Positions 10,641 through 19,537 of a stretch of 64,000 bases of DNA are shown piece after piece (positions within the stretch are counted from its first letter, which is position 1; the number at the start of each line of letters is the position of its first letter). The DNA is from an uncultured Actinomycetes bacterium (lineage in GTDB: Bacteria > Actinomycetota > Thermoleophilia > Gaiellales > Gaiellaceae), in NCBI GenBank assembly GCA_963705945.1, contig CAVPLG010000002.1, positions 5,179-69,178 of the forward strand, written 5' to 3'. Position numbers and translations under genes: made by a program. The notes beneath the pieces were generated by a model. That model saw nothing but the letters and a program-made list of their open reading frames with translations, had not been told where the DNA came from and did not search any database.

Positions 10641-11659
10641 CGGGACCTCCGACCGGAGCGCTCACCAGTGGCATTTCGGCCGCCGCCATCTCCTCGCGCA
10701 GACGGGGCTTGGCGGCCTCGTCGGCGCCGAGCTCGTCGAGCGCGAGCAAGGCGGCGCCGACGACCGGGGCCACCTCGACCGTGCGCAGCCCCGCCGACGG
10801 CGCGATCTGCCGCAAGCTCGGCTGCCGACCGCCCTGACCAGGCCGCCGCGCCCGGATCGGATCAGGCCGCCGCCCAGCACGACCTCGACCGGCTGGTCGA
10901 GCAGCTCGAGCCGGTGAGCGCGACGCGGGCGAAGGCGACGATCTCGTCCGCCAGCCGGTCGACGATCTCGCGGGCGACCGCGTCGGATTCTGCCTCGGCG
11001 AGGACGATCGGCGCGACCTCGACCAGCCGGTCGGTCGCGGATCCGGCCGAAGTGGATCGCCTCCGCGAGCTCCTCGGGCGTCTCGAGTCCGAAGTGGGCG
11101 GGGATCGCTGCCTGGAGGCTGGTCGGCTGCCCGCGGCCGTCGGCCCCGCGCGCCGCGGCCGCCAGTCCGGCCGGACCAACGTCGTCACCTCCGCCCCAGT
11201 CTCCGGTGATCAGCCCGAGGGCCGGGAATCGGGTCTCGCGCCCGTCGGGCGCGACGCCGACGCAATTGACACCGGCACCGCAGACGACGGCCACCCCCCA
11301 CCCCGGTCGCTTCCGGCCCGCAGCACGCCGAAGGTGTCGTTGGCGACCGTCATTCGCCGCGCCCAGCGCCGCGCCGACAGCGCGTCCTGCAACGCCTGTT
11401 CTTCGGCGGGCAGGTCCGCGCCGGCCAGCAGGACCCAGCCGACCTCGGCCAGCGCGCCGTCGCCGGTCGCCCTGCCTGAGCGTCGCGGACCGCCTCGCCG
11501 AACATCTCGCCGAGGACGTCGAGGCAGCCGTCGAGGCCGATCCGGTGCGGCGAGCTTCGGGACCGCGGACGAGTGCCAGCACCTCCCGTCGCGCCTTACG
11601 AGGGCGAGATGCGTCTTCGAGTTGCCGCCGTCGACGGCGATGCCGATCGGCTCGCTCAC
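10633..11659 (-). CDS. BadF/BadG/BcrA/BcrD-type ATPase (N-acetylglucosamine-kinase-like sugar kinase), frame-interrupted
   Basis: MSEPIGIAVDGGNSKTHLALV.., VLLAGADLP..VANDTFGVLRAGS, WGVAVVCGAGVNCVGVAPDGRETRFPALGLITGDWGGGDDVG, VEVVLGGGL. The stop at 10633 overlaps the ATPase start by 8 nt. Confidence 0.7.
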
Positions 11660-11668
11660 GTAGCGGCC

Positions 11669-12998
11669 TCAACGGCCCGAACGCGGCTTCGTCCTCTCGG
11701 ACTCCGCCTCATCGGCCACCCCCTCGAACTCCGGCAGCGGCACGCCCGACGCCTCGGCGGCGGCCAGCCGATCCAGCAGCTCGCCGCTGAGGTCCCATTG
11801 CCCGACCAGCGGGTGGGCGAGCAGCGCCAGCCGGGCGGTCCTCGGGTCGCGCGACACCGCCGACTTCGGCGGTCAGCCGCTCGTATGCGGCCACGTGCTG
11901 GACGAGCCCGAGCAGCTCCGGGGCGAGCGGCTCCTGGGCGATCGGCACCGGCCCATCACGACCGATCCGTGCCGGGACCTCGACCACGTCGTCGGGCGCC
12001 AGCCCGGCGAGCGTCTCGCCGTTGCGCCCGTCGACGACCTGGAGCTCGCCGCTGTCGGTGTGCAGGGCGACGACGAGCGCCGTCGCCGCCTCGCTGTAGT
12101 AGGCGCCGCCTCGCTGCTCGAGCAGCGCCGGCTTCGAGTCGAGCGCCGGGTCGCGGTAGAGGTCGAGCAGACTCGCGCTCGATCTCCGCGACGCGCTCGG
12201 CGCGCGGCAGCCCGACACGCTGCTCGGCGAGCACGCGGTCGTGCTCGTAGAAGTAGCGCAGGTAGTAGGACGGGAATCGCGCCGAGCTCGCGCAGCAGGT
12301 CGACCGGTAGCGCGGCGTGCTCGGCGAGCCGATCTGCCGTGCTCGGCCAGCAGCACAGGCAGCACGTCCTCGCCGTCGAGGCGGGCGGCTCGCACCCACG
12401 TCAGGTGGTTGAGCCCGACCTGGTCGATCGCGATCCGCTCGGGCTCGGCTTCCAGGATCGCCGCCACCTCGCGCTGGACTCCGATCGCCACGTTGCAGAG
12501 GCCGACCGCGCGATGCCCGGCGTCGAGGAGCGCCCTGGTGACGATCCCGACCGGGTTGGTGAAGTCGATGATCCAGGCGCCGTGCGCCGCCAGCTGCCGG
12601 GCCCGCTCGGCGATTTCGAGCACCATCGGCACCGTCCGCATCGCCTTCGCAAAGCCTCCGGCACCGGTCGTCTCCTGGCCGATGCAGCCACAGGCCAGGG
12701 GAACCGTCTCGTCGCCGTACCGCGACGCCTGGCCGCCGACCCGGATCTGGATCAGCACGACGTCGGCGCCGTCGAGGGCGGCGTCGAGCTCGTCGGTGAC
12801 CGACAGCCGTCCGTCGAAGCCCTGACGGTCGAGCATCCGCCCCGCGAGGCCGCCGACCGCGGCCCGTCGCTCCGCGTCGATGTCCTGGAGCACCAGCTCG
12901 CCGACCTCGATCCTGCCTCGCTCGCTCGACAGGCCCGAGACCAGCTCGGGGGTGTAGGTCGAGCCGCCGCCAATCACCGCGATCTTGAGCGCGCTCAT
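11669..12998 (-). CDS. glycoside hydrolase family 4 (6-phospho-beta-glucosidase / ChbF-CelF-like), frame-interrupted
   Basis: MSALKIAVIGGGSTYTPELVSGL..VLIQIRVGGQASRYGDETVPLACGCIGQETTGAGGFAKAMRTVPMVLEIAE..IIDFTNPVGIVTRAL..VGLCNVAIG..GLNHLTW. C-terminal piece in ORF 11669..11857. ATGA overlap with the permease stop (12995-12998). Confidence 0.8.
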
Positions 12999-13903
12999 CC
13001 CTTCACCCCGGTCAACGTGACGCCCTCGACGAACGCTTTCTGGGCCGCGAAGAACAGCGCGATCACCGGCGCCATGAACAGCAGCGTCGCGGCCATCGTC
13101 AGGTTCCACTGCACCTGGTGGATCGTGTGGAACTGCGAGAGCCCCACCGAGAGCGTCCAGTGCGACTCGTTCTCCCCCGTGTACAGCAGCGGCCCGAAGA
13201 AGTCGTTCCACGCGTACAGGAAGGCGAACAGGGCGACAGCGGCGATCGCCGGCCTCGCCAGGCGGGCGACCACGAGCAGCATCACTCGCAGCTCGCCGGC
13301 GCCGTCGACCCGCGCCGCATCGGCGTACTCCTCGGGGATCGTCATGAAGAACTGGCGCAGCAGGAAGATCGAGAAGGCGTCGCCGAGGAAGTTGGGGATG
13401 ATCAGCGGCGTCAGCGTGCCGACCAGGTGAAGCTTCGAGAACAGCACGTAGAGCGGCACGATCGTCACCTGCGCCGGGAGCATCATCGTCGCCAGCACCA
13501 CGATGAAGGCGACGTTCCTGCCGCGCCAGCGAAGCCTGGCGAGTGCGTAGGCGACCGGCACGCTGGAGACGATCACGCCGACGGTGGCCAGGCCCGCGTA
13601 GATGAACGAGTTCAGCCCATAGGTGAGGATCGGCGCCGCGTCGAAGACGTCCGAGTAGTTCTTGAGGTGCAGCGGGTCCGGCCACAGCCGCGGCGACAGC
13701 GCCTGGTCGGTGGTCATCAGCGACGTCATCACGATGAACACGAACGGCGCCAGGAACATGATCGCCAGCACGATCAGGATCGAGTGGTCGGCGATCGTGA
13801 TCAGCAGCTTCTTGCGGCGGACCGAGCGCGGCGGGCGCCGAGCGACCCGCGGCGCCGGCGGCGCGGCCGCCCCAGCGGGGAGCGGTTGAGTGGCGGCCTC
13901 CAT
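12995..13903 (-). CDS. carbohydrate ABC transporter permease (MalG/UgpE type)
   Basis: Intact 302-aa ORF with 6 predicted TM segments and the EAA-like loop PEEYADAARVDGAGELRVMLLVVARLARPAI. Confidence 0.9.
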   Translation of the reverse strand: MEAATQPLPAGAAAPPAPRVARRPPRSVRRKKLLITIADHSILIVLAIMFLAPFVFIVMTSLMTTDQALSPRLWPDPLHLKNYSDVFDAAPILTYGLNSFIYAGLATVGVIVSSVPVAYALARLRWRGRNVAFIVVLATMMLPAQVTIVPLYVLFSKLHLVGTLTPLIIPNFLGDAFSIFLLRQFFMTIPEEYADAARVDGAGELRVMLLVVARLARPAIAAVALFAFLYAWNDFFGPLLYTGENESHWTLSVGLSQFHTIHQVQWNLTMAATLLFMAPVIALFFAAQKAFVEGVTLTGVKG

Positions 13904-14913
13904 CTACCTCAGGCCTCCGGCGTAGTGGACCCAGCGGCGCGAGTGGCGCAGGATCACCAGGGTCACGGCGAGCGCGACGAACAGCAGCAACACCGCCATC
14001 GCCGACGCGTAGCCCATGTTGAAGTAGCGGAACCCCTGCTGATAGAGCAGCACCGGGTAGAACAGGGTCGAGTCCTGGGGGTAGCCGAGGTCGTTGGTGA
14101 CGTCGCCGGCCTGGCCGGCCGCACCGGGCGCGGCAATCGTGCTGGCGACGTAGGCCTCGGTGAAGTACGCAAGCGCCTCGATCACGCCGATCACGACCGC
14201 GAACAGGATCACCGGGCTGATCGTCGGCAGGGTCACCCAGCGCAGCCGCTGCCACGCGCCGGCGCCGTCGATCCGGCCGACTCGTACAGATGCTTGGGCA
14301 CGTCGAGCAGCGCCGCCAGGAAGATGATCATCGTGTTGCCGATCCCCCACATCCCGAGCAGGGTCAGCGAGGGCTTCGACCAGTGCGGCGACTGGAACCA
14401 CAGCGGGCCGTGGATCCCGACCCATCCGAGAATCGTGTTCACCGGCCCGGTGGCCGGGTTGAACAGGTAGACGAAGCCGAGGGTGGCAGCGACCGCGGGC
14501 GCCATCGTCGGCAAGTAGAAGACCGTGCGGAAGAGCCCGACCCCCGCCCTGGCCCGGGTGATCATCCAGGCGAGCGAGAACGCGAACGTGACCTGGATCG
14601 GGACCGCGATCAGGATCAGCCAGAAGGTGTTGTAGACCGCGGGCCAGATCTGCTTGTCGGTGTTGAACAGGTAGTCGTAGTTGGCGAAGCCGACCCAGCG
14701 CGGGGACGAGAGCAGGTCGTAATGGGTGAAGGAGAGCAGCGCGGTGGTGATCAGCGGGAAGACGAAGAAGATCGACACCCCGAGGATCCACGGGCTCATC
14801 AGCAGCAGCACGAGGCGGCGGCGGCGCCAGGTCGCCTTCCTCCTCGCCGCCAACCGCTCCGGGCTCGGAACCGGCCTCGGCCTCGCGCCCCCGACCGCTT
14901 CCGCGACGCTCAT
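13904..14913 (-). CDS. carbohydrate ABC transporter permease (MalF/UgpA type), one frame break
   Basis: ORF 14233..14913 (WRRRRLVLLLMSPWILGVSIFFVFPLITTALLSFTHYDLL..) joins ORF 13904..14791 (..IDGAGAWQRLRWVTLPTISPVILFAVV..) near 14270. Confidence 0.85.
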
Positions 14914-14929
14914 CTGACTCTGCCGCGGC

Positions 14930-16270
14930 TCAGGGCACCCCTCCGGAAGCGTTCTCCTCCTGAGCGTCGATCTGCGCGTCGAGATCCTCGAGTCCGGTCT
15001 GCAGGTCGTCGACCTGGCCGGCCTCGTACTTGGAGATGAACGACTGGAACAGGTCCTGGTTGGCGCCGCCGGAGGCGGTGATCGGGGTGGTCTGCGTGTC
15101 GGGGCTCTTGAAGATCTGGATGAACGGGTCGAACTCCGGCCCGAGGTCCAGCTTCGGCGACTGCGCCGCGGCGGGCGTGGTCGGCACGTTGGCGAGCCCG
15201 TTGGCCAGGGTCACCAGCGCGTTGGTGTCGGTGGTCAGGTACTTGACCAGCTCCCATGCGGCGGCCTGATTTTCGCTGTCGCGGGGGATGCCGATGATGC
15301 TCCCGGTGACGTAGCCGGCGCCATAGCGGTCCTCCTGTCCGTCGGCAACCGGGAACGGAGCCGTGCCGTAGTTGAGCTCCGGGTGCTCGTCGGCGATGAA
15401 CGCGGTCCGGTACTCGCCGTCGAGCATCATCGCGACCTTGCCGGTCTCGAACGCGTTCGAGGCGGAGAACTCGGCCCCGGCGCCGGCCAGGAACGTGGTC
15501 AGCTCGTCGTAGCCGTACCAGTCGATCAGGTTCTTGTCCCACTCGAGATAGTCGGTCCACGCCGGGTCCGTGGCGAGACTCGACTTACCGTCGGCGTCCT
15601 GCCATTGCGCGTCCCAATTCGGAGCGTAATGCGCGGGCACGCTCTCGTAGAACCCGGAGTTCGAGACGTATCCGGCGACGTCGATCGAGCCATCGGCGGC
15701 GCGCTGGGTGAGCTTCTTAGCGTCCGCGTCGAGCTCGGAGATCGTCGTCGGCGGCTCGCTGATACCGGCCGCCGCAAACATGTCGGTGTTGTAGTAGAGG
15801 CCGTAGTCGTCGGCGAGCAGCGGCATCGCGCAGCGTGTGCCCTTGTACTGCGTGTAGTCCTGGACGGCCTGCGGGAACTGGCCGATGTCGACGTTGTCGC
15901 GCTCGATGTATGGCGTCAGGTCGATCCAGCCACCGGACGAGCAGAACGCGCCGGTGTTGTCGGTGCTGAACGAGAGGGCGACGTCGGGGGCGTTGCCACC
16001 GCGGAGGGCGGCGACGAGCTTGTCGTCGTTGACGCTGCCGACGCTGTCGACCGTTACGTTCGGGTACTTCTTTTCGAACTGGTCGAGGATGCCGTTGAGA
16101 AGATCGAGCTCGCGGCTCGAGAACCCGCTCCAGATGGTCAGCGTCACCTTGTTGTTCGGATCGAAGGTCTGCGCGTCGCCGCTGCTCGTGCTGTCACCGC
16201 CTCCGCAGGCGGCGAGTCCCAGCGCGCACAGCAGCGCGACTAGCGCGGTCACAATCGCGGTCCGCTTCAT
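14930..16270 (-). CDS. extracellular sugar-binding lipoprotein of the ABC transporter
   Basis: Intact 446-aa ORF with lipobox MKRTAIVTALVALLCALGLAAC-GGG. Family-1 solute-binding protein features. First gene of the minus-strand operon. Confidence 0.9.
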   Translation of the reverse strand: MKRTAIVTALVALLCALGLAACGGGDSTSSGDAQTFDPNNKVTLTIWSGFSSRELDLLNGILDQFEKKYPNVTVDSVGSVNDDKLVAALRGGNAPDVALSFSTDNTGAFCSSGGWIDLTPYIERDNVDIGQFPQAVQDYTQYKGTRCAMPLLADDYGLYYNTDMFAAAGISEPPTTISELDADAKKLTQRAADGSIDVAGYVSNSGFYESVPAHYAPNWDAQWQDADGKSSLATDPAWTDYLEWDKNLIDWYGYDELTTFLAGAGAEFSASNAFETGKVAMMLDGEYRTAFIADEHPELNYGTAPFPVADGQEDRYGAGYVTGSIIGIPRDSENQAAAWELVKYLTTDTNALVTLANGLANVPTTPAAAQSPKLDLGPEFDPFIQIFKSPDTQTTPITASGGANQDLFQSFISKYEAGQVDDLQTGLEDLDAQIDAQEENASGGVP

Positions 16271-16408
16271 CCCAATGCACCTCTCCCGATCTGGTTAGGA
16301 ACCCTATCGAAACCGACCGTATCGGCTCGCGCCACTGGTGTCAACCCGCACACTCACGCCTGATACAGCAGACCTATAGTAAGGTTCACAAACACAACGC
16401 CCCAAACG

Positions 16409-17440
16409 CTGTTTGAACAAGAGCTTCGCGACCAGGGTGACGCGCTCGCTCGCAGCGCGACGGCCAGCGCCCCGGGCGTCGCCTCGGCCACCGAGATCCT
16501 CCGACTCGCCGACGTCACGCACCTGCTCATCGCCGCCCGCGGGAGCTCCGACAACGCCGCCCGCTACGGCCAGTACCTGCTCGGGGCGGCGGCCGGGCTC
16601 AGTGTCGGGCTGGCGACCCCGTGGCTGTTTCGGCCGGGTCGTCAGGCTCCCCGGCTCGAGGGAGCAGCGGTGCTCGGGATCTCGCAGTCGGGGAGCTCGC
16701 CTGACGTCGTCGGTGTGTTGTCCGCATCACGCGCCCAGTGCAGGCCGACGATCGCCATCACCAACGATTGCGATTCCGCGCTCACGGCCGAGGCCGACGC
16801 GGTAATCGAGCTCGGCGTCGGGCCCGAGCGCTCGGTCGCCGCCAGCAAGACCTATCTCGCCTCCGTGCAGGCGCTCGCCCTGATCGCCGCGGGCCTGGCT
16901 CCGGCCAGGGTCCCGCGCGACTGGATCGAAAGGCTCCCCGAGGTCGCCTCGGCGGTCGTCGCCGACCAGTTGGCGGGACGAGACCGCTTCGATCCGCTCG
17001 CGGGTTGCCGGCCGCTGACCGCGGTCGGTCGCGGACTCGACTTCGCGACCGCATGTGAGTCGGCGCTGAAGCTGCGGGAGCTGAGCGGCATCCCGGCCGA
17101 GGCGTTCTCCCCGCCGGACCTGATTCACGGGCCGCTCGGAGCCCTCGACCGCGACGCCGGGCTCTGGATCGTGAGCGGCGCAGCCGACGCGGAGGCGGAC
17201 GCGCTCACGGCGTTGGCGCAGATCCGGGCCCGCACCGGGTTCACGGTCGCGGTCGCGGCCGATCGGCGGGCGCTGGCGCTCGCATCGGTGGCGGTACCGC
17301 TACCTGAGTGCCTGCCGGAATGGGTAGCAGCGATCGTCGCCGTGATCCCGGCCCAGGCCGCGGCGCTGCGGCTCGCCGAGCTGCGCGGCGTCGACGTCGA
17401 CCGACCCCACGGACTGAGCAAGGTGACTCTGACGACCTAG
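16409..17440 (+). CDS. SIS-domain sugar-phosphate isomerase/deaminase (GlmS-C / AgaS-like)
   Basis: One open frame from 16364 to 17440: LFEQELRDQGDALA..LLIAARGSSDNAARYGQYLL..VLGISQSGSSPDVVGVL..TIAITNDCDSAL..SVAASKTYLASVQAL..GLDFATACESALKLRELSG. The first canonical start (GTG 16670) is far inside the conserved region, so the real start is unresolved (CTG 16409 or a lost start). Confidence 0.75.
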   Translation: MFEQELRDQGDALARSATASAPGVASATEILRLADVTHLLIAARGSSDNAARYGQYLLGAAAGLSVGLATPWLFRPGRQAPRLEGAAVLGISQSGSSPDVVGVLSASRAQCRPTIAITNDCDSALTAEADAVIELGVGPERSVAASKTYLASVQALALIAAGLAPARVPRDWIERLPEVASAVVADQLAGRDRFDPLAGCRPLTAVGRGLDFATACESALKLRELSGIPAEAFSPPDLIHGPLGALDRDAGLWIVSGAADAEADALTALAQIRARTGFTVAVAADRRALALASVAVPLPECLPEWVAAIVAVIPAQAAALRLAELRGVDVDRPHGLSKVTLTT

Positions 17441-17478
17441 CGCTCGGAGCTCCTTAGCTTTGGATTAGCAGGCAATGC

Positions 17479-17949
17479 TTGGCTGATTGCGTGTTCAAGT
17501 TCGCCAGCGAGCCGGCGCTGCGGCGAGCCCAGGTCATCCTCGCCGCGATCGGGATCGCGATCGCCGCCTACATCACGATCGCCGACTCGAGCGGAGGCGC
17601 CCCGGCGTGCCTCGCAGGGGGCGGCGGCTGTGAGACCGTCGCCGACAGCTCCTACTCGCGGCTCGCCGGAATCGACGTGTCGGTGATCGGAATCGCCGGC
17701 TACGCGTTGCTGCTGGGCGCGGCGCTATTGAGCGGGGACCGTGGCAGGTTCACCGGCCTGGCCCTCGCCCTCGTCGGCTTCGGGTTCAGTCTCTACCTGA
17801 CCTACCTGGAGCTGTTCGTGATCGACGCGGTCTGTCAGTGGTGCGTGGCGAGCGCCGTCCTCATGACCCTGATCGCGGTCGTCGCCGGATCGCGGGCCAT
17901 GCGCTTCGCCGGCAGCGAGATCACGCACCTCGAGGCAAGCCTCCGATGA
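17479..17949 (+). CDS. vitamin K epoxide reductase (VKOR) family membrane protein
   Basis: Intact 156-aa ORF with 4 TM segments, loop cysteines C..GGGGC and the CQWC active-site motif. The stop overlaps the next start (ATGA at 17946-17949). Confidence 0.85.
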   Translation: MADCVFKFASEPALRRAQVILAAIGIAIAAYITIADSSGGAPACLAGGGGCETVADSSYSRLAGIDVSVIGIAGYALLLGAALLSGDRGRFTGLALALVGFGFSLYLTYLELFVIDAVCQWCVASAVLMTLIAVVAGSRAMRFAGSEITHLEASLR

Positions 17950-18707
17950 GCGTCGCAGGAGGGCTGTCGGCCCGCGACAAGCGCCTGCGCCGGCAGGCGG
18001 CCGAGGCAGCCGCCGAGCGGCGACGGAGGATGATCCAGCTCGGGGCGGCGGCCGCCTTCGTCGCGGCGATCGTGGTTGCGGCGCTGATCGCGATCAGCCA
18101 GTCCGGGAGCTCGGGGTCCGGCGGCGACACGACTATCGGCGGCGCGAGCGCCGTCGAGCAGCAATTGCGCGGTCTCGACCAGCGCGGGCTTGCGCTCGGC
18201 GACCCGAGCGCCAAGGTGACGATCGTCGAGTTCGGGGACCTTCAGTGCCCGGTGTGCCGCGAATACTCCGCCTCGGTGATCCCGCGGCTGATCGCCGACC
18301 AGGTCCGCAGCGGTGAGGCAAAGCTCGAGTTCCGCAACTGGACGATCATCGGCCCGCAGTCGAGCGATGCCGCGGCCGCCGCGCTCGCCGCCGCCAAGCA
18401 GGGGCGCTACTGGAGCTTCATCGAGCTCTTCTACCGAAACCAGGGCCGGGAGAACTCGGGCTACGCGACCGGCGACTTCCTCGAGGGGATCGCTCGGGCG
18501 GCCGGGGTCCCCGACATCGCGAGGTGGAACGCCGACCGGGCGACGTCCAACTGGAGCTCGGCGCTCGACCGCGTCGATGCGGAGGCGACCCGAGACGGGT
18601 TTAGCGGAACGCCCTCCTTCCTCGTCGAAGGACCCGGTGGCAAACGGCCGGTCGGCACCGGCTCGCCGGAGCAGATCGACGCGGCGGTGGCAGCCGTCAG
18701 CCGATAG
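17946..18707 (+). CDS. DsbA-family thioredoxin-fold oxidoreductase (membrane-anchored)
   Basis: MSVAGG.. with a TM anchor, then VTIVEFGDLQCPVCREY (CPVC active site) and ..FSGTPSFLV. This is the classic VKOR-DsbA pairing of Actinomycetota. Confidence 0.85.
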   Translation: MSVAGGLSARDKRLRRQAAEAAAERRRRMIQLGAAAAFVAAIVVAALIAISQSGSSGSGGDTTIGGASAVEQQLRGLDQRGLALGDPSAKVTIVEFGDLQCPVCREYSASVIPRLIADQVRSGEAKLEFRNWTIIGPQSSDAAAAALAAAKQGRYWSFIELFYRNQGRENSGYATGDFLEGIARAAGVPDIARWNADRATSNWSSALDRVDAEATRDGFSGTPSFLVEGPGGKRPVGTGSPEQIDAAVAAVSR

Positions 18708-18725
18708 CGCCGGTCCTGCCGGCGA

Positions 18726-19286
18726 TCAGCTGCTGCGATCCCAGCGCTTCAGGTACGGCAGCGGATTGAGCAGGCCGCCGCCCTTCTCCCACCCGGGAGC
18801 CGACCACATCTCGAAGTGCAGGTGGCACGCGGTTGCGTCTCCCGTCTGGCCGACGAGGCCGAGTCGATCGCCGGCGGCGACCCGCTCGCCGGTGCGGGCG
18901 GACGCTCGGTGGAGCAGGTGCATGTAGACGGTGTCGGGCCGGCCCTTCGCACCATGGATGACGACGTAGTTACCGGCGGCGGCCTGGTAGGAGACGTAGC
19001 TCACCCGGCCGGACAGGGCGGCGACCACCGGCTTACCGCACTTGGCCAGGATGTCCTGGCCCTGGTGGCCGCGGCCGGCGCCGATGCCATCGCCGAAGGT
19101 GTGTCGCCCGCGCACCGGGAACGTGCCGCCCGCGGTCGTCGCCGGCGCCGCGGTCGTGGTCGCGCCGCCACCGCCGGGTCCGACCCCGCCGCTGCCGGCC
19201 GCAAACGCGGCCACGGCGCTGCCTCCGAGAATCGCCATGCCCATCGCGACCACCGCCGCGGTCTGCGCGAACGCCCGTCGAGTCAT
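18726..19286 (-). CDS. secreted M23-family metallopeptidase
   Basis: Intact 186 aa. Signal peptide MTRRAFAQTAAVVAMGMAILGGSAVAAFA. M23 motifs: GHQGQDILA, GNYVVIHG, VGQTGDATACHLHFEM. Confidence 0.85.
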   Translation of the reverse strand: MTRRAFAQTAAVVAMGMAILGGSAVAAFAAGSGGVGPGGGGATTTAAPATTAGGTFPVRGRHTFGDGIGAGRGHQGQDILAKCGKPVVAALSGRVSYVSYQAAAGNYVVIHGAKGRPDTVYMHLLHRASARTGERVAAGDRLGLVGQTGDATACHLHFEMWSAPGWEKGGGLLNPLPYLKRWDRSS

Positions 19287-19293
19287 CCGATCT

Positions 19294-19434
19294 ATCCCTT
19301 TCGTCGGCCTGCGGGGTTAGCTGACGGGCTGGCGCTGAAAGAGCCTGCGCCCTCGCCAGGCGGCGAGTTAGCCCCAACGACTGGTTCCCCCGCTCCCGCA
19401 GCCCGAGAGGGCGCGGGATTCGGCTTTACCGGTT
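19294..19434 (-). promoter_or_regulatory. cyclic-di-AMP (ydaO/yuaA-type) riboswitch candidate in the M23 peptidase leader
   Basis: The minus-strand RNA reads ..GCCGAAUCC-CGCGCCCUCUCGGGCUGCGG-GAGCGGGGGAACCA..UUGGGGCUAACUC..CCCGUCAGCUAACCCCGCAGGCCGACGAAAGGGAUAG..AUG. This matches, from memory, the hallmark ydaO blocks (..AAUCC..GAGCGGGGGACCCA.. and ..CCGACAGCUAACCUCGUAAGC..). It lies 8 nt upstream of the start codon, and the class commonly precedes cell-wall hydrolases. Confidence 0.6.
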
Positions 19435-19537
19435 ATCGAGCGGGTGGATATTAACCACTTGCACGGTCATTGCGAGCGTTCGCTAACGAACTCTGGCGCG
19501 CCGGCCGAGGTGAACCTGCGTCGGGTAGAAAGGTCTG

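Noticed and set aside
11895-14470. Long plus-strand ORFs (for example 11895..13430 at 511 aa, 13118..14470 at 450 aa); also 38842..40446, 21617..23101, 28877..29908 and 60796..61764
   Set aside because: They are antisense shadows of well-supported minus-strand genes in high-GC DNA. Their translations are Arg/Asp/Gly/Pro-rich low-complexity sequence with no recognisable motifs.
16330-16345. DasR/GntR-type dre operator (ACTGGTGTCAACC versus consensus ACTGGTCTAGACC) upstream of the sugar operon
   Set aside because: Only one half-site matches well (10 of 13 positions overall). No GntR-family gene is in the window, and the locus encodes its own ROK regulator.
17479-18707. The overlapping VKOR-DsbA gene pair as a novelty
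   Set aside because: This is a well-established disulfide-bond formation module in Actinomycetota and Cyanobacteria. It is annotated as features only.
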